Below, in pieces: positions 45,987 through 54,858 of a stretch of 64,000 nt of DNA; position 1 is the stretch's first letter; each line of letters starts with the position of its first letter. The notes beneath the pieces are model-generated. The model did no database searches, had not been told where the DNA came from, and saw only the letters and a list, made by a program, of their open reading frames with translations. Source of the stretch: a virus. Lineage: Duplodnaviria; Caudoviricetes. The DNA is taken from positions 2,149 through 66,148 of IMG/VR virus record IMGVR_UViG_3300020404_002009; one strand, 5' to 3'. The position numbers and the translations under genes were made by a program.

Positions 45987-46609
45987 AAATAGAGAAAGTA
46001 AACGGATTCTTTGTGCCAGCAAACGATATACACATAGAAGATTGGAAGGCAGGACAGCCTTTTACCCAAAATAAATGTTTGCAAAAATTCATAGACTATT
46101 GTGAGAACAATAATAAAAAATTTAATCATATATTAGATATAGGTGCATGGGTCGGAACATGGAGCATGGCGATGAACAAATATTGTGGCAGGGTTGTGGC
46201 CTTCGAACCGGATGCTTTGCATTATGAGTGTTTGGTTAAAAATGTACCAGAAGACGTTGAGACACATCAGTTGGCAGTAGGGCAAGAGGACAAAATGGTA
46301 TCGCTTTCGGAAGACAATTTTACTCAAAGTAAAAGGGTAATCGGCGAAGGAGCAATACCTATGATATCCGTTGATAGCCTCGGAATGGATGATATAGATC
46401 TTATAAAGATAGATGTTGAAGGGTACGAAATGGAAGTATTGAAAGGTGCTAGTGAAACATTAAAAAATACAAAGTACCTAATGATCGAACTGAACAACAA
46501 TACAAAGAAGTATGGAAGCAACAACATGGCGATAGAAAAATTTTTGGAAACTTTGGGGTTTAAAGTTTTGATGAGCCATTGGCCAGATAAAGTTTTCCAC
46601 CGTGCCTAA
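45983..46609 (+). CDS. FkbM-family methyltransferase
   Basis: LDIGAWVG, AFEP and IKIDVEGYE motifs. Confidence 0.88.
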   Translation: MKIEKVNGFFVPANDIHIEDWKAGQPFTQNKCLQKFIDYCENNNKKFNHILDIGAWVGTWSMAMNKYCGRVVAFEPDALHYECLVKNVPEDVETHQLAVGQEDKMVSLSEDNFTQSKRVIGEGAIPMISVDSLGMDDIDLIKIDVEGYEMEVLKGASETLKNTKYLMIELNNNTKKYGSNNMAIEKFLETLGFKVLMSHWPDKVFHRA

Positions 46610-46628
46610 CCTAAATTAAATACCGCAC

Positions 46629-47654
46629 ATGAAAGTTTTAATTACAGGCGGTGCTGGTTTTATTGCACACCACGTCATAGATCATATTTTAAAAACTACC
46701 GATTGGCATATTACCACATTGGACAGATTAGATGAGTCTGGTAATTTAAATCGCCTGCATGACATTTTAAAAGAGCATACACCTGAAAATCGTAGAAGAC
46801 ATAGAACAGTATTTCACGATCTAAAGGCGGCTTTAAACAGCCAAATACGTGCAGACATAGGCGAAATTGATATTGTGCTACACTTGGCGGCAGGAAGTCA
46901 TGTAGATAGGTCTATTACACATCCTATGGAGTTTGTTCAGGATAATGTGATTGGTACTGTCAATTTATTAAATTGGGCGAAACAATTACCAAGTCTGAAA
47001 AAATTTGTTTACTTCAGCACTGATGAAATTTTTGGTGTTGCACCTCCCGGAGTATCTTATAAGGAATATGATAGGTACAATTCGACAAACCCTTATAGTG
47101 CAAGTAAGGCCGCGGCTGAGGAATTTTGTGTAGCATATGAAAATACCTATAAAATGCCAATATACATAACCCATACTATGAATGTGTTTGGCCAAAGGCA
47201 ACATCCAGAAAAGTTTATTCCCGGTACCATTCAGAGAGTAAGAGACGGAGATAAAGTTACAATACATGCAGACTCTAGCAAAACCCAAGCAGGTTCGAGA
47301 ATGTATATTCACGCAAGTGATGTAGCAGAAGGCTTGATGTTCATTTTGAATTTAGAAAATTACACACACAAAGGAGATTTTGGCTGGGCAAAATGTCCAA
47401 AGTTCAATTTAGTTGGCACCGAGGAAATAGATAATCTTAAACTAGCACAAATGATTTCAGATTCCGTAGGCAAACCATTAAATTACGAAATGGTTGATTT
47501 CCATACATCGAGGCCAGGACATGACTTACGCTATGCATTAAGTGGAGATTTGTTAAAACAGTTGGGTTGGGAACCTAGAATTAAGTTGTCGGAAAGAATT
47601 AAAGAAACTGTAGATTGGACATTGGCAAATGATAGATGGTTGCGTAACTCTTAA
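46629..47654 (+). CDS. rfbB: dTDP-glucose 4,6-dehydratase-like NDP-sugar dehydratase
   Basis: TGGAGFI, HLAAGSHVDRSI, STDE, YSASK and RPGHDLRYA motifs; TAAATA upstream. Confidence 0.85.
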   Translation: MKVLITGGAGFIAHHVIDHILKTTDWHITTLDRLDESGNLNRLHDILKEHTPENRRRHRTVFHDLKAALNSQIRADIGEIDIVLHLAAGSHVDRSITHPMEFVQDNVIGTVNLLNWAKQLPSLKKFVYFSTDEIFGVAPPGVSYKEYDRYNSTNPYSASKAAAEEFCVAYENTYKMPIYITHTMNVFGQRQHPEKFIPGTIQRVRDGDKVTIHADSSKTQAGSRMYIHASDVAEGLMFILNLENYTHKGDFGWAKCPKFNLVGTEEIDNLKLAQMISDSVGKPLNYEMVDFHTSRPGHDLRYALSGDLLKQLGWEPRIKLSERIKETVDWTLANDRWLRNS

Positions 47655-48816
47655 AAATTGTGTAGTGTGCGATAACACAGTGTCACATGTTGTTGATTTA
47701 GGAGATCAACCCCTGGCAAATGGCTTTTTAGATAGTGTACAAGAAGAAAAAACTTTCCCCCTTAAAGTTAATGCGTGTGAAAAATGTTCCCATTTACAAC
47801 TATCACATGCTGTAAGTTTGCCATTAATGTACGAAACATATTTGTATAGAAGTGGTACCACGGACACTTATAAGAAATACATGGATTGGTTCTCGGATAC
47901 AGCATTGAAATATTATTCTAAAGCATGTAAAAACGTTTTAGATATTGGGTGTAATGACGGGACACAACTGGACATCTTTAAAGATAAAGGTGTAGAAACA
48001 TACGGAATAGATCCAGCAAAAAATCTTTATGAGTATTCAAAGTCAAATCACAAAGTGATTAATGATTATTTTAGCGATAAAATAGATTTTGGAACCAAAT
48101 TCGATATGGTAGTGATGCAGAATAGTTTTGCTCATCAACCAAATCCAAGAGCATTCTTAGAAAACATCAAAAAAATTTTACACGACGACGGATTTATTTT
48201 TATACAGACTAGTCAGGCAGACATGGTTAAAAATAATGAGTTTGATACAATCTATCATGAACACATAAACTTTTATTGTGCTAAAAGCATGAGTACATTG
48301 GTAGAGTCAGTAGGACTTCAAATTACGGATATTATTAAAAATCCTATACACGGTGTCAGTTATATTTTTGTTATATCGAATAATAAAAATAACGAAACGT
48401 TAGAACAATTTTTGCATGACGAAAGTTCTATTAACTCTATGGCAAACTATCATGCATGGGCCAAAAATATACTAAAAGTAAAAGAGGATTACTTAAATTT
48501 GCTTGGAGAAAGAAAAGGCACACATTTGATAGGCTATGGTGCGGCCGCAAAAGGCAATACATTTCTTAATTTTATAGATAGGCCCTTGGATTTTATAATA
48601 GATGACAACAAATTAAAACAAGGCAAATTTACTCCTGGCCAACATATTCCTATAAAATCTATAGATAGTTTAACAACAATTTCAGATGACGACGCTATTA
48701 CATTTGTCCCATTGGCCTGGAACTTTTTTGATGAAATAAAATTAAGAATTAAGGCAGTAAGGAATAGTAAGAACGACAAGTTTATACGATACTTTCCAAC
48801 TGCGGAATTAATATGA
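47629..48816 (+). CDS. NDP-sugar C-methyltransferase
   Basis: Zn-binding CVVC..LGDQPLAN..CEKC; DIGCNDG; IYHEH; GYGAAAKG. Confidence 0.88.
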   Translation: MIDGCVTLKNCVVCDNTVSHVVDLGDQPLANGFLDSVQEEKTFPLKVNACEKCSHLQLSHAVSLPLMYETYLYRSGTTDTYKKYMDWFSDTALKYYSKACKNVLDIGCNDGTQLDIFKDKGVETYGIDPAKNLYEYSKSNHKVINDYFSDKIDFGTKFDMVVMQNSFAHQPNPRAFLENIKKILHDDGFIFIQTSQADMVKNNEFDTIYHEHINFYCAKSMSTLVESVGLQITDIIKNPIHGVSYIFVISNNKNNETLEQFLHDESSINSMANYHAWAKNILKVKEDYLNLLGERKGTHLIGYGAAAKGNTFLNFIDRPLDFIIDDNKLKQGKFTPGQHIPIKSIDSLTTISDDDAITFVPLAWNFFDEIKLRIKAVRNSKNDKFIRYFPTAELI

Positions 48817-49559
48817 TCTCTGTATTAGTTCCTTCACGTCATAGGCCAGAACTGGCAAAACGTCTGCTTGATACTATCAATGGTACGAAAAAAACAGATG
48901 TAGAAGTCAAGTTTTATCTAAATGACAACGATCCGACAATTGAAAAATACAAACAATTACTTCCTGAAAATGTTTATATAATCGGTCCGGACCAAAGCAG
49001 TTGTTTCAGTTGGAACTACTTGTCTACACTTGCCAGGCATGATTATTGTATGCTAGTCGGTGATGATGCACAATTTTTAACTACAAACTGGGATCAACAC
49101 ATAATTGATTTTTTTGAAAATTATGAATATAAAGATAAAATTTTGTATGTGTGTCCAAGAGATATGACAGGCAGTGACAAAAGAAGATGGATCAAAAATA
49201 AGGTACCCACAGATAAGCCATACAAGATAGAAACACATCCTTCCCCGATAGGCGCCGCTCACTTTGTGTTGCATAAAAACTGGATTAATACAGTTGGATA
49301 TTTCTTGCCTCCACAGTTTTGGCATTGGCATATAGATAATTGGTTAACAAAATTAGCAGTAAGATTAGGAAGGGCATATGTACTTCCCCATGTGCAGATT
49401 CAATCAAAGAAAATGATCGACGATCATACCGGGAAGAGAATAAGAAAAGAGATGAATATCATTGAACGAGATCTTGATGTATGGAAAAGAACAAGAGATC
49501 GTTATCTAACAGCCGATGTTGAGGCACTACAAAAATTCATAAAGGATTACAAAGGATAA
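48813..49559 (+). CDS. GT2-like glycosyltransferase
   Basis: LVPSRHRP, VGDD and HWHID motifs. Confidence 0.75.
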   Translation: MISVLVPSRHRPELAKRLLDTINGTKKTDVEVKFYLNDNDPTIEKYKQLLPENVYIIGPDQSSCFSWNYLSTLARHDYCMLVGDDAQFLTTNWDQHIIDFFENYEYKDKILYVCPRDMTGSDKRRWIKNKVPTDKPYKIETHPSPIGAAHFVLHKNWINTVGYFLPPQFWHWHIDNWLTKLAVRLGRAYVLPHVQIQSKKMIDDHTGKRIRKEMNIIERDLDVWKRTRDRYLTADVEALQKFIKDYKG

Positions 49560-50161
49560 AAGCACTTATCCGATCTAGGCTTCATAATGAATAGATTAAA
49601 AGTAATTCTATTTGTAGTTTGGTTGCTCTCATAGGAATGCCATGTTTTATTTTGTTGTCCACAAAAAATAAATGTTGAATTAGGTTTCCATTCTGCTTCT
49701 TTAGTGAAAGCATCTTCGGATTGTGCAGTATACATTTTAGTTCCAACATTTTGTTTAGGTGAGATATACGTTACTGAACTCCAGGTTTTCTCTAAACCTT
49801 CTTGATGGATATAAAATTTATAAGGCAAAGGTGGTGTAATGTTGATGTGTGCGTTTATACCGAGCGTTGGATATTTTCTATAGGCCGGATATACATCATG
49901 CACCTCTTTAATATTTTGAAATAATTTTTCACATATGTCCACAGTTTCAGCATAAAAATCTATACCATAGTCCTTGTAGTCCTTTGGATGTATCTGTATC
50001 AACTTGTCTGTTGTAATATGCGATAATTTTGTTAAGCAAACATCTGTGAGTTTTTCAAAAGTATTTTCGTCAAAAGTATCGGTCAGTATTTGATGAGGCC
50101 ATGGTTCTAAATTGACTTCTGTGTTTAAACACTTATCCAAGAATCTTTGTCCAACACTCAT
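49547..50161 (-). CDS. Putative 2OG-Fe(II) oxygenase
   Basis: PWPH, IHQE...WHSY...RITFN pattern. Confidence 0.6.
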   Translation of the reverse strand: MSVGQRFLDKCLNTEVNLEPWPHQILTDTFDENTFEKLTDVCLTKLSHITTDKLIQIHPKDYKDYGIDFYAETVDICEKLFQNIKEVHDVYPAYRKYPTLGINAHINITPPLPYKFYIHQEGLEKTWSSVTYISPKQNVGTKMYTAQSEDAFTKEAEWKPNSTFIFCGQQNKTWHSYESNQTTNRITFNLFIMKPRSDKCFYPL

Positions 50162-50592
50162 TTTTTACTCGCCATTAGTTCGTTAAATTTTTTCTTGTTT
50201 ATGTCTAGTTGTATAAAAGGTCTTCTAATATATTTTTTTACTTTAGAATCATCAATTATTATGTCATTACTACTTGTTATAATAATTGCATTTGGATAGT
50301 ATGCAATTTTTTTACCGCCAAGTATTATATGCGGTGGCCTAGTTCTATCGTTCCTTTCCCTAAAGCACCATATTGCAATGATATCTCTTTTTAAATCTAT
50401 TTCGGAAATATCTTCTTTAAATTCAAAACCTATTTTATATTTCTCGTCAAACTCCTGCCACAATTGGTGGTCTAGGTCGTTTTGATTTTCGTATAACTTA
50501 TCGTATTCCTTTTCTTCTATCAAGTTAATAACATGAATATGCGGAACGGGGTCGTTGTGGATATGTTTGTCTTTTAGTTTATGCCAGTCCAT
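50158..50592 (-). CDS. Hypothetical, degenerate oxygenase-like protein
   Basis: PVPHI, YPN and RPFIQ loosely resemble the neighbouring oxygenase; start MDWHK. Confidence 0.5.
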   Translation of the reverse strand: MDWHKLKDKHIHNDPVPHIHVINLIEEKEYDKLYENQNDLDHQLWQEFDEKYKIGFEFKEDISEIDLKRDIIAIWCFRERNDRTRPPHIILGGKKIAYYPNAIIITSSNDIIIDDSKVKKYIRRPFIQLDINKKKFNELMASKK

Positions 50593-51266
50593 TATGCACT
50601 GAATAAATTGATTGCTTCTTTTTTCCAATCATCCGAGTACTCACAATTTCTGTATCCATCAAACCATGGTCCGCCTTCGGTATAGTGTAATATCTTGGGC
50701 GAGCCGTCTTCTGGTTCTCTGTACCAACCAACTAGCCAATTGAAGTTGTGAGGTAAATCACCAATTTCCGAGTCTTCAAGCCAACTAAATCTATGTAAGA
50801 ATTTTGGCGTCTGTTGGTTAAGAAATTCTGGTGTAAGCATTTTATTTTTTTCGTGTTCGCAATTCCAAAGGACCATGCTTGACCAGTTTTTTCTAGGATA
50901 CACGGTTTGCACTTGTCCATCCATTTTGGTTGTTTCTTTTGGTGTATAGTCATGCTGTACGCAAACTACTGCTTTACTAGGATCCATATACTTGGTAAGC
51001 ATATGGCTCGGAACTTTCCATAGGAAATCACAGTCACAGAACACTGCCCATCCTTTGAAATCGTTTAGGTAAGGGACAAAAAATCTTGTAAATGTAAATT
51101 CTGTTGATGCAAGTTTATCCTTTTCACGTGTGTAAATTCCTTGAGCTCTCATGTCGTTTTGTTTAAGTGGTACAACTTCTGCTGACGGGTCTCTACGCTT
51201 GATACTGTGTTCGCATACTTGGTATGCTATGTCTTCCCTTGAATCCCAACCTACGTATATTTTCAT
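50592..51266 (-). CDS. GT-A glycosyltransferase (GT8-like)
   Basis: YVGWDSRE, STEFTFTRF, FCDCD, RKNWSS and HYTEGGPW motifs. Confidence 0.8.
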   Translation of the reverse strand: MKIYVGWDSREDIAYQVCEHSIKRRDPSAEVVPLKQNDMRAQGIYTREKDKLASTEFTFTRFFVPYLNDFKGWAVFCDCDFLWKVPSHMLTKYMDPSKAVVCVQHDYTPKETTKMDGQVQTVYPRKNWSSMVLWNCEHEKNKMLTPEFLNQQTPKFLHRFSWLEDSEIGDLPHNFNWLVGWYREPEDGSPKILHYTEGGPWFDGYRNCEYSDDWKKEAINLFSA

Positions 51267-51892
51267 TTTCTTCCTGATACTAATTTGTGTATGTCTTGCC
51301 AATTACTTACACGGATAATATCGGGATGGTTGAAATCTTGATTATATGGATGATCTATTATTATAGGTTTTAAACCGTATTTGAGCCCGGCTAATGCATT
51401 GTGAGGCTTGTCCTCTACCCAGTATAGTCCGGTGTTATGAAACTCTGCCAATGCTGAATCTTTGTCTGCACCAGTGCCTAGTATATGATAGTTTGTAAAA
51501 ACGTGATCTCCAAATAATTCTCCTAATCTTTTCTTACGTAATTCTTGTGCTGGGATATCAGAAGTTTGCGATGTGATAGGAATAAAAGTCCAACCCTCAG
51601 CCGCTAACAACTTTACCCATGTTTGAGATTCCATCATAGGTCGTTGTGTGCCCATCCATGCACTTCTATTAAACTCTCTGATTTCTTTTCTTATTTCTGT
51701 TTTTGTCAATCCAAAACGTTCTGCCATTTCGTACGTGTTTTCTTTGTTTGGTAAAAGTCTATACGGATGATACCTTGCACCTCTTTCGTCAAACAAAGTC
51801 CTTTGTAGCATCCATTTGGTGAAATGGTGTTCCCATTCCAATAGGACCCCGTCAACGTCTGTTAGTATTATTCGATTATTTGATATCGGCAT
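51263..51892 (-). CDS. HAD-family nucleotidase-like phosphatase, paralogue of 20147-20710
   Basis: TDVDGVL, WVEDK and HPYN motifs. Confidence 0.8.
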   Translation of the reverse strand: MPISNNRIILTDVDGVLLEWEHHFTKWMLQRTLFDERGARYHPYRLLPNKENTYEMAERFGLTKTEIRKEIREFNRSAWMGTQRPMMESQTWVKLLAAEGWTFIPITSQTSDIPAQELRKKRLGELFGDHVFTNYHILGTGADKDSALAEFHNTGLYWVEDKPHNALAGLKYGLKPIIIDHPYNQDFNHPDIIRVSNWQDIHKLVSGRK

Positions 51893-52337
51893 CTTCCATT
51901 CCTGCTACTCTCAGTTTTACAATGTTTGTGATTTGCCATTGTTTCTGATCCAGTCCTTTGGTGATACCTAAGTATTGATTTCTTATTAATGCAAAGTCAT
52001 TTACAATCTTTGTTAAATCAACTACATCGTCTTCTCCGTCAACATATTTTTCAGCATCTCTGCTTGATAATGCTCTGTTGTAGTTTTCTAAAAATTTTTT
52101 GAAAGTTTTTGATCTTAGTCTACGAAGTTCTATGTTTAGGTATTCTAATATTGCTTCAAGTTGTTGTAGTTGTCCAAATCTTTCTTCAACTATTCCTGGC
52201 AGTGCGGCACTGGCCCTCTCCAGGTTGCCATAAATTTTGCATTGTTTTTTTGCTTCTTGCAATTCTGCTTCAAAATATGCAACACAATTTGGAATTTTAT
52301 CTAAACTTCTGCTTACTTCGTTGTACCAATTAATCAT
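51876..52337 (-). CDS. uvsY: Recombination mediator UvsY-like
   Basis: Helical protein with LSSRDAEKYVDGE and KQWQITNIVKLR..G; downstream of uvsX; start MINWY. Confidence 0.7.
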   Translation of the reverse strand: MINWYNEVSRSLDKIPNCVAYFEAELQEAKKQCKIYGNLERASAALPGIVEERFGQLQQLEAILEYLNIELRRLRSKTFKKFLENYNRALSSRDAEKYVDGEDDVVDLTKIVNDFALIRNQYLGITKGLDQKQWQITNIVKLRVAGMEDADIK

Positions 52338-52563
52338 CGTCGCCGTATCCGTCTGAATCATCTTCATCTTCGAACACAGTTGCTATTGCTTCTTCAAGTT
52401 TTGGATCGTATTCGGCAGATGCTTTGATTTCATCTTGCTCTATTCCTATGTCTTCTAAACTTTTTATAAAGTCTATAGCCATGTCTGATTTCTGTCTTTC
52501 GGGTACGTAGTGAATTATAGAGGTCCATAATCTTTCAATGTCCTCGTGTGTAAAATCTATCAT
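52330..52563 (-). CDS. Acidic hypothetical protein
   Basis: ORF between uvsX and uvsY. Confidence 0.7.
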   Translation of the reverse strand: MIDFTHEDIERLWTSIIHYVPERQKSDMAIDFIKSLEDIGIEQDEIKASAEYDPKLEEAIATVFEDEDDSDGYGDDD

Positions 52564-53616
52564 TTACTCTTTTTCTTCCTCTGTTGGTTCAATGGTTGCA
52601 GTTTCTTTGAACTCTGCCATTATCATATCTAATTTATCTCCTACCCATGCTTTTCTAAATTCTATGTGTTCCTTGCCTTTAGAATCTACATATTTTAGTC
52701 TGTTACCCTGCTGTACAAGTAAGCCTTTTTTCTCAAACAAGTCCACAAGTCCACTGTAAGGATCCATGCCTGTATCGTATGGAATTTTTACTTGCACTCC
52801 TTCAAAAGGTTTAGCATACCTTGTCTTCATAACTTTACAAGCGGCTCTGATACCTCTTACATCTGTAACTTTGTTACCTTTTTCGTCTTCTTTTAGTTTT
52901 AATTTCTTCATTGCAACCACAATACTTGATGCATAGATAAATCCTTGTCCACCTGATATCTTGTCATCTGGATCGAACATATCCTGTGATGCGTATGTGT
53001 GGTTAGTTGCTATAAGTCCCACGTTCCAACTTCCAAACATATTAACACAGTTTCTTACAAGTGCTGTTAATGCCTTAGGCTTTCTACCCAAGTCACCTTT
53101 CATCTCGCCTGCTTCAAACTGATTAACATCTGTCGGTGTTAGTAGCATACCCAAACTATCTATTACGAATAGTACTTTAGGTGCACCTTCTTTGTTGTCT
53201 GCGTGTTGGTCTTTGTAACCTTTCATAAACTCTGAAACAGTCTTTGCTACATCATCAACCATAGACATACTTAATTTCATTAGTTTGTCTTCCGATGTGT
53301 CAACTTTTAATGCTTGTAGCCACTGTTCATCTAATGCATTCTCTGTGTCAATCAGTATAACGAATATACCTTGATCTTGTGCATTTTTAATAATGTTGCC
53401 TGATGCTATGTATGATTTACCCGCACCAGACTCACCGGCAAGTACTGTAACTTTGCCTAGGGGAATTCCTTTATTGAAATCGCTAGTCATTAGATAATTC
53501 AATGCGTAATTTCCAGTCGATATCCAATCGGTTGGATCACTGAATCCTATGCCTAGTCCTTGTATTGATTTTGTGATACTTTTTCTAAATTTTGTTGCGT
53601 CAAAAACTTTTGTCAT
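52564..53616 (-). CDS. uvsX: RecA-like recombinase UvsX
   Basis: GESGAGKS, IDTENA, IDSLG, NHTY, SGG and KTR motifs. Confidence 0.92.
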   Translation of the reverse strand: MTKVFDATKFRKSITKSIQGLGIGFSDPTDWISTGNYALNYLMTSDFNKGIPLGKVTVLAGESGAGKSYIASGNIIKNAQDQGIFVILIDTENALDEQWLQALKVDTSEDKLMKLSMSMVDDVAKTVSEFMKGYKDQHADNKEGAPKVLFVIDSLGMLLTPTDVNQFEAGEMKGDLGRKPKALTALVRNCVNMFGSWNVGLIATNHTYASQDMFDPDDKISGGQGFIYASSIVVAMKKLKLKEDEKGNKVTDVRGIRAACKVMKTRYAKPFEGVQVKIPYDTGMDPYSGLVDLFEKKGLLVQQGNRLKYVDSKGKEHIEFRKAWVGDKLDMIMAEFKETATIEPTEEEKE

Positions 53617-53623
53617 AATTTTC

Positions 53624-53722
53624 CTATAACACTATCCAAAGGAGTAATGCAACTATTAACACCCATGCAGGTATTTGTTTGTACAATATCCATTCGACAG
53701 CCTTTTGTATTTTCTTTTTCAT
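53624..53722 (-). CDS. 32-aa single-TM protein (not in ORF track)
   Basis: MKKKIQKAVEWILYKQIPAWVLIVALLLWIVL; follows a sigma70 promoter. Confidence 0.55.
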   Translation of the reverse strand: MKKKIQKAVEWILYKQIPAWVLIVALLLWIVL

Positions 53723-53728
53723 ATGTTT

Positions 53729-53770
53729 ATTTTACTACACATGGCCCTAACAGTCAATATCAGGGCCATG
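53729..53770 (-). promoter_or_regulatory. Hairpin after ssb with embedded sigma70 promoter
   Basis: CATGGCCCT(53740-48)/AGGGCCATG(53762-70); minus strand TTGACT in the loop-17bp-TAAAAT. Confidence 0.6.
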
Positions 53771-53783
53771 GTAAAATGTCAGA

Positions 53784-54758
53784 TTATTTTGCTTGTCTTG
53801 ATCTGATCAGTTTCAGTATGTCCTCTGCTCTTTTGGCACTGTCACCTGCTGGAGCCGTAGCCGCCGCTGGTTGTGGTGCTGGTGCAGATTCTGTTACTGG
53901 TGCTGGTTCAGACGCTGGTGCTGGTGTACTTGCCGGTGTTTCTGCCACAGGGGTCTGTGGTTTAGCCTGGTAAGCCACGCCTGCAGGTCTGAAGTATTGT
54001 CCATACTGCTCTAGATCATAAGCCTCACCTTCAACAGATTTTTCAAATAATTCTTTGATTATTTTTACTTCTGCTTCAGTTGGTTCTTTTGGTCTGAAGT
54101 CGTTCAGATTGTGTAATCCGTGTGTCTCGATCGCGGCTCTTTCTGCCTCGTCTAATGCACGTTCTCTTCTAGACCATTTTGATGTTGAGTAGTCAGCATA
54201 ACCACCCTTTGTGGTTTTTGTTATCCTGAAGTCTACACCTTTTACGTAATCAGTTGGCATTTCTTCCATCTCTGGATCCATTAGTGCCCCTCTGATTATG
54301 TTGAATATCTGAGGTCCAATTATAAATCTTCTGATTGGATTCTCAGGTGTTGTGTCTTCTGATAAAGGATTGTTGACTACGAAACCTTGGAATATGTAAC
54401 TTTTCTTTTTCCAATATTTCCTACCCATGTCCTCCATGCTCTTGTCTTTGAACCATGGTCTCACTTCAGTGAGTACAGGACAAGTTTTGCCATACATCTC
54501 CATACACGGTACTTGTACTGTAACCGGTCTTGAATCTGTTTGACCCTTTATACCATTAAATGGTAACTTGATCATATTTCTTTCAGTCCAGAAAAAAGTA
54601 TTGTTTGGATCCTTGTCAGGTAAGAATCTAACTACTGCTTCTGAGCCTTCTGATATATTCCAGTGTGGGTAGATGGCGTTGTCTCCGCCTGTGTTGGAAG
54701 TGGAGCGATTCACTTCTTGAGATTTTAACTTCGCCCTTATTTCAGCCAATGATGCCAT
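53784..54758 (-). CDS. Single-stranded DNA-binding protein (T4 gp32-like)
   Basis: VVRFLP, CMEMYGKTCPV, YWKKKSY, DFRITK and YADYSTSKW motifs; Pro/Ala-rich tail. Confidence 0.88.
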   Translation of the reverse strand: MASLAEIRAKLKSQEVNRSTSNTGGDNAIYPHWNISEGSEAVVRFLPDKDPNNTFFWTERNMIKLPFNGIKGQTDSRPVTVQVPCMEMYGKTCPVLTEVRPWFKDKSMEDMGRKYWKKKSYIFQGFVVNNPLSEDTTPENPIRRFIIGPQIFNIIRGALMDPEMEEMPTDYVKGVDFRITKTTKGGYADYSTSKWSRRERALDEAERAAIETHGLHNLNDFRPKEPTEAEVKIIKELFEKSVEGEAYDLEQYGQYFRPAGVAYQAKPQTPVAETPASTPAPASEPAPVTESAPAPQPAAATAPAGDSAKRAEDILKLIRSRQAK

Positions 54759-54852
54759 AATGTAAGCCTCCTTTTATTGTGCCTATGTTGTTTGTGCCTA
54801 AATGTATATTAGACATATAGTTTAATATACAACTATATTTATCTAATGTCTA
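54759..54852 (-). promoter_or_regulatory. ssb leader with hairpin and TAGGCACA repeats
   Basis: TGTGCCTA at 54778 and 54793; ATATAGTT/AACTATAT plus TAGAC/GTCTA stems overlapping TAAATA; AGGAGG SD. Confidence 0.55.
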
Positions 54853-54858
54853 GTACTA

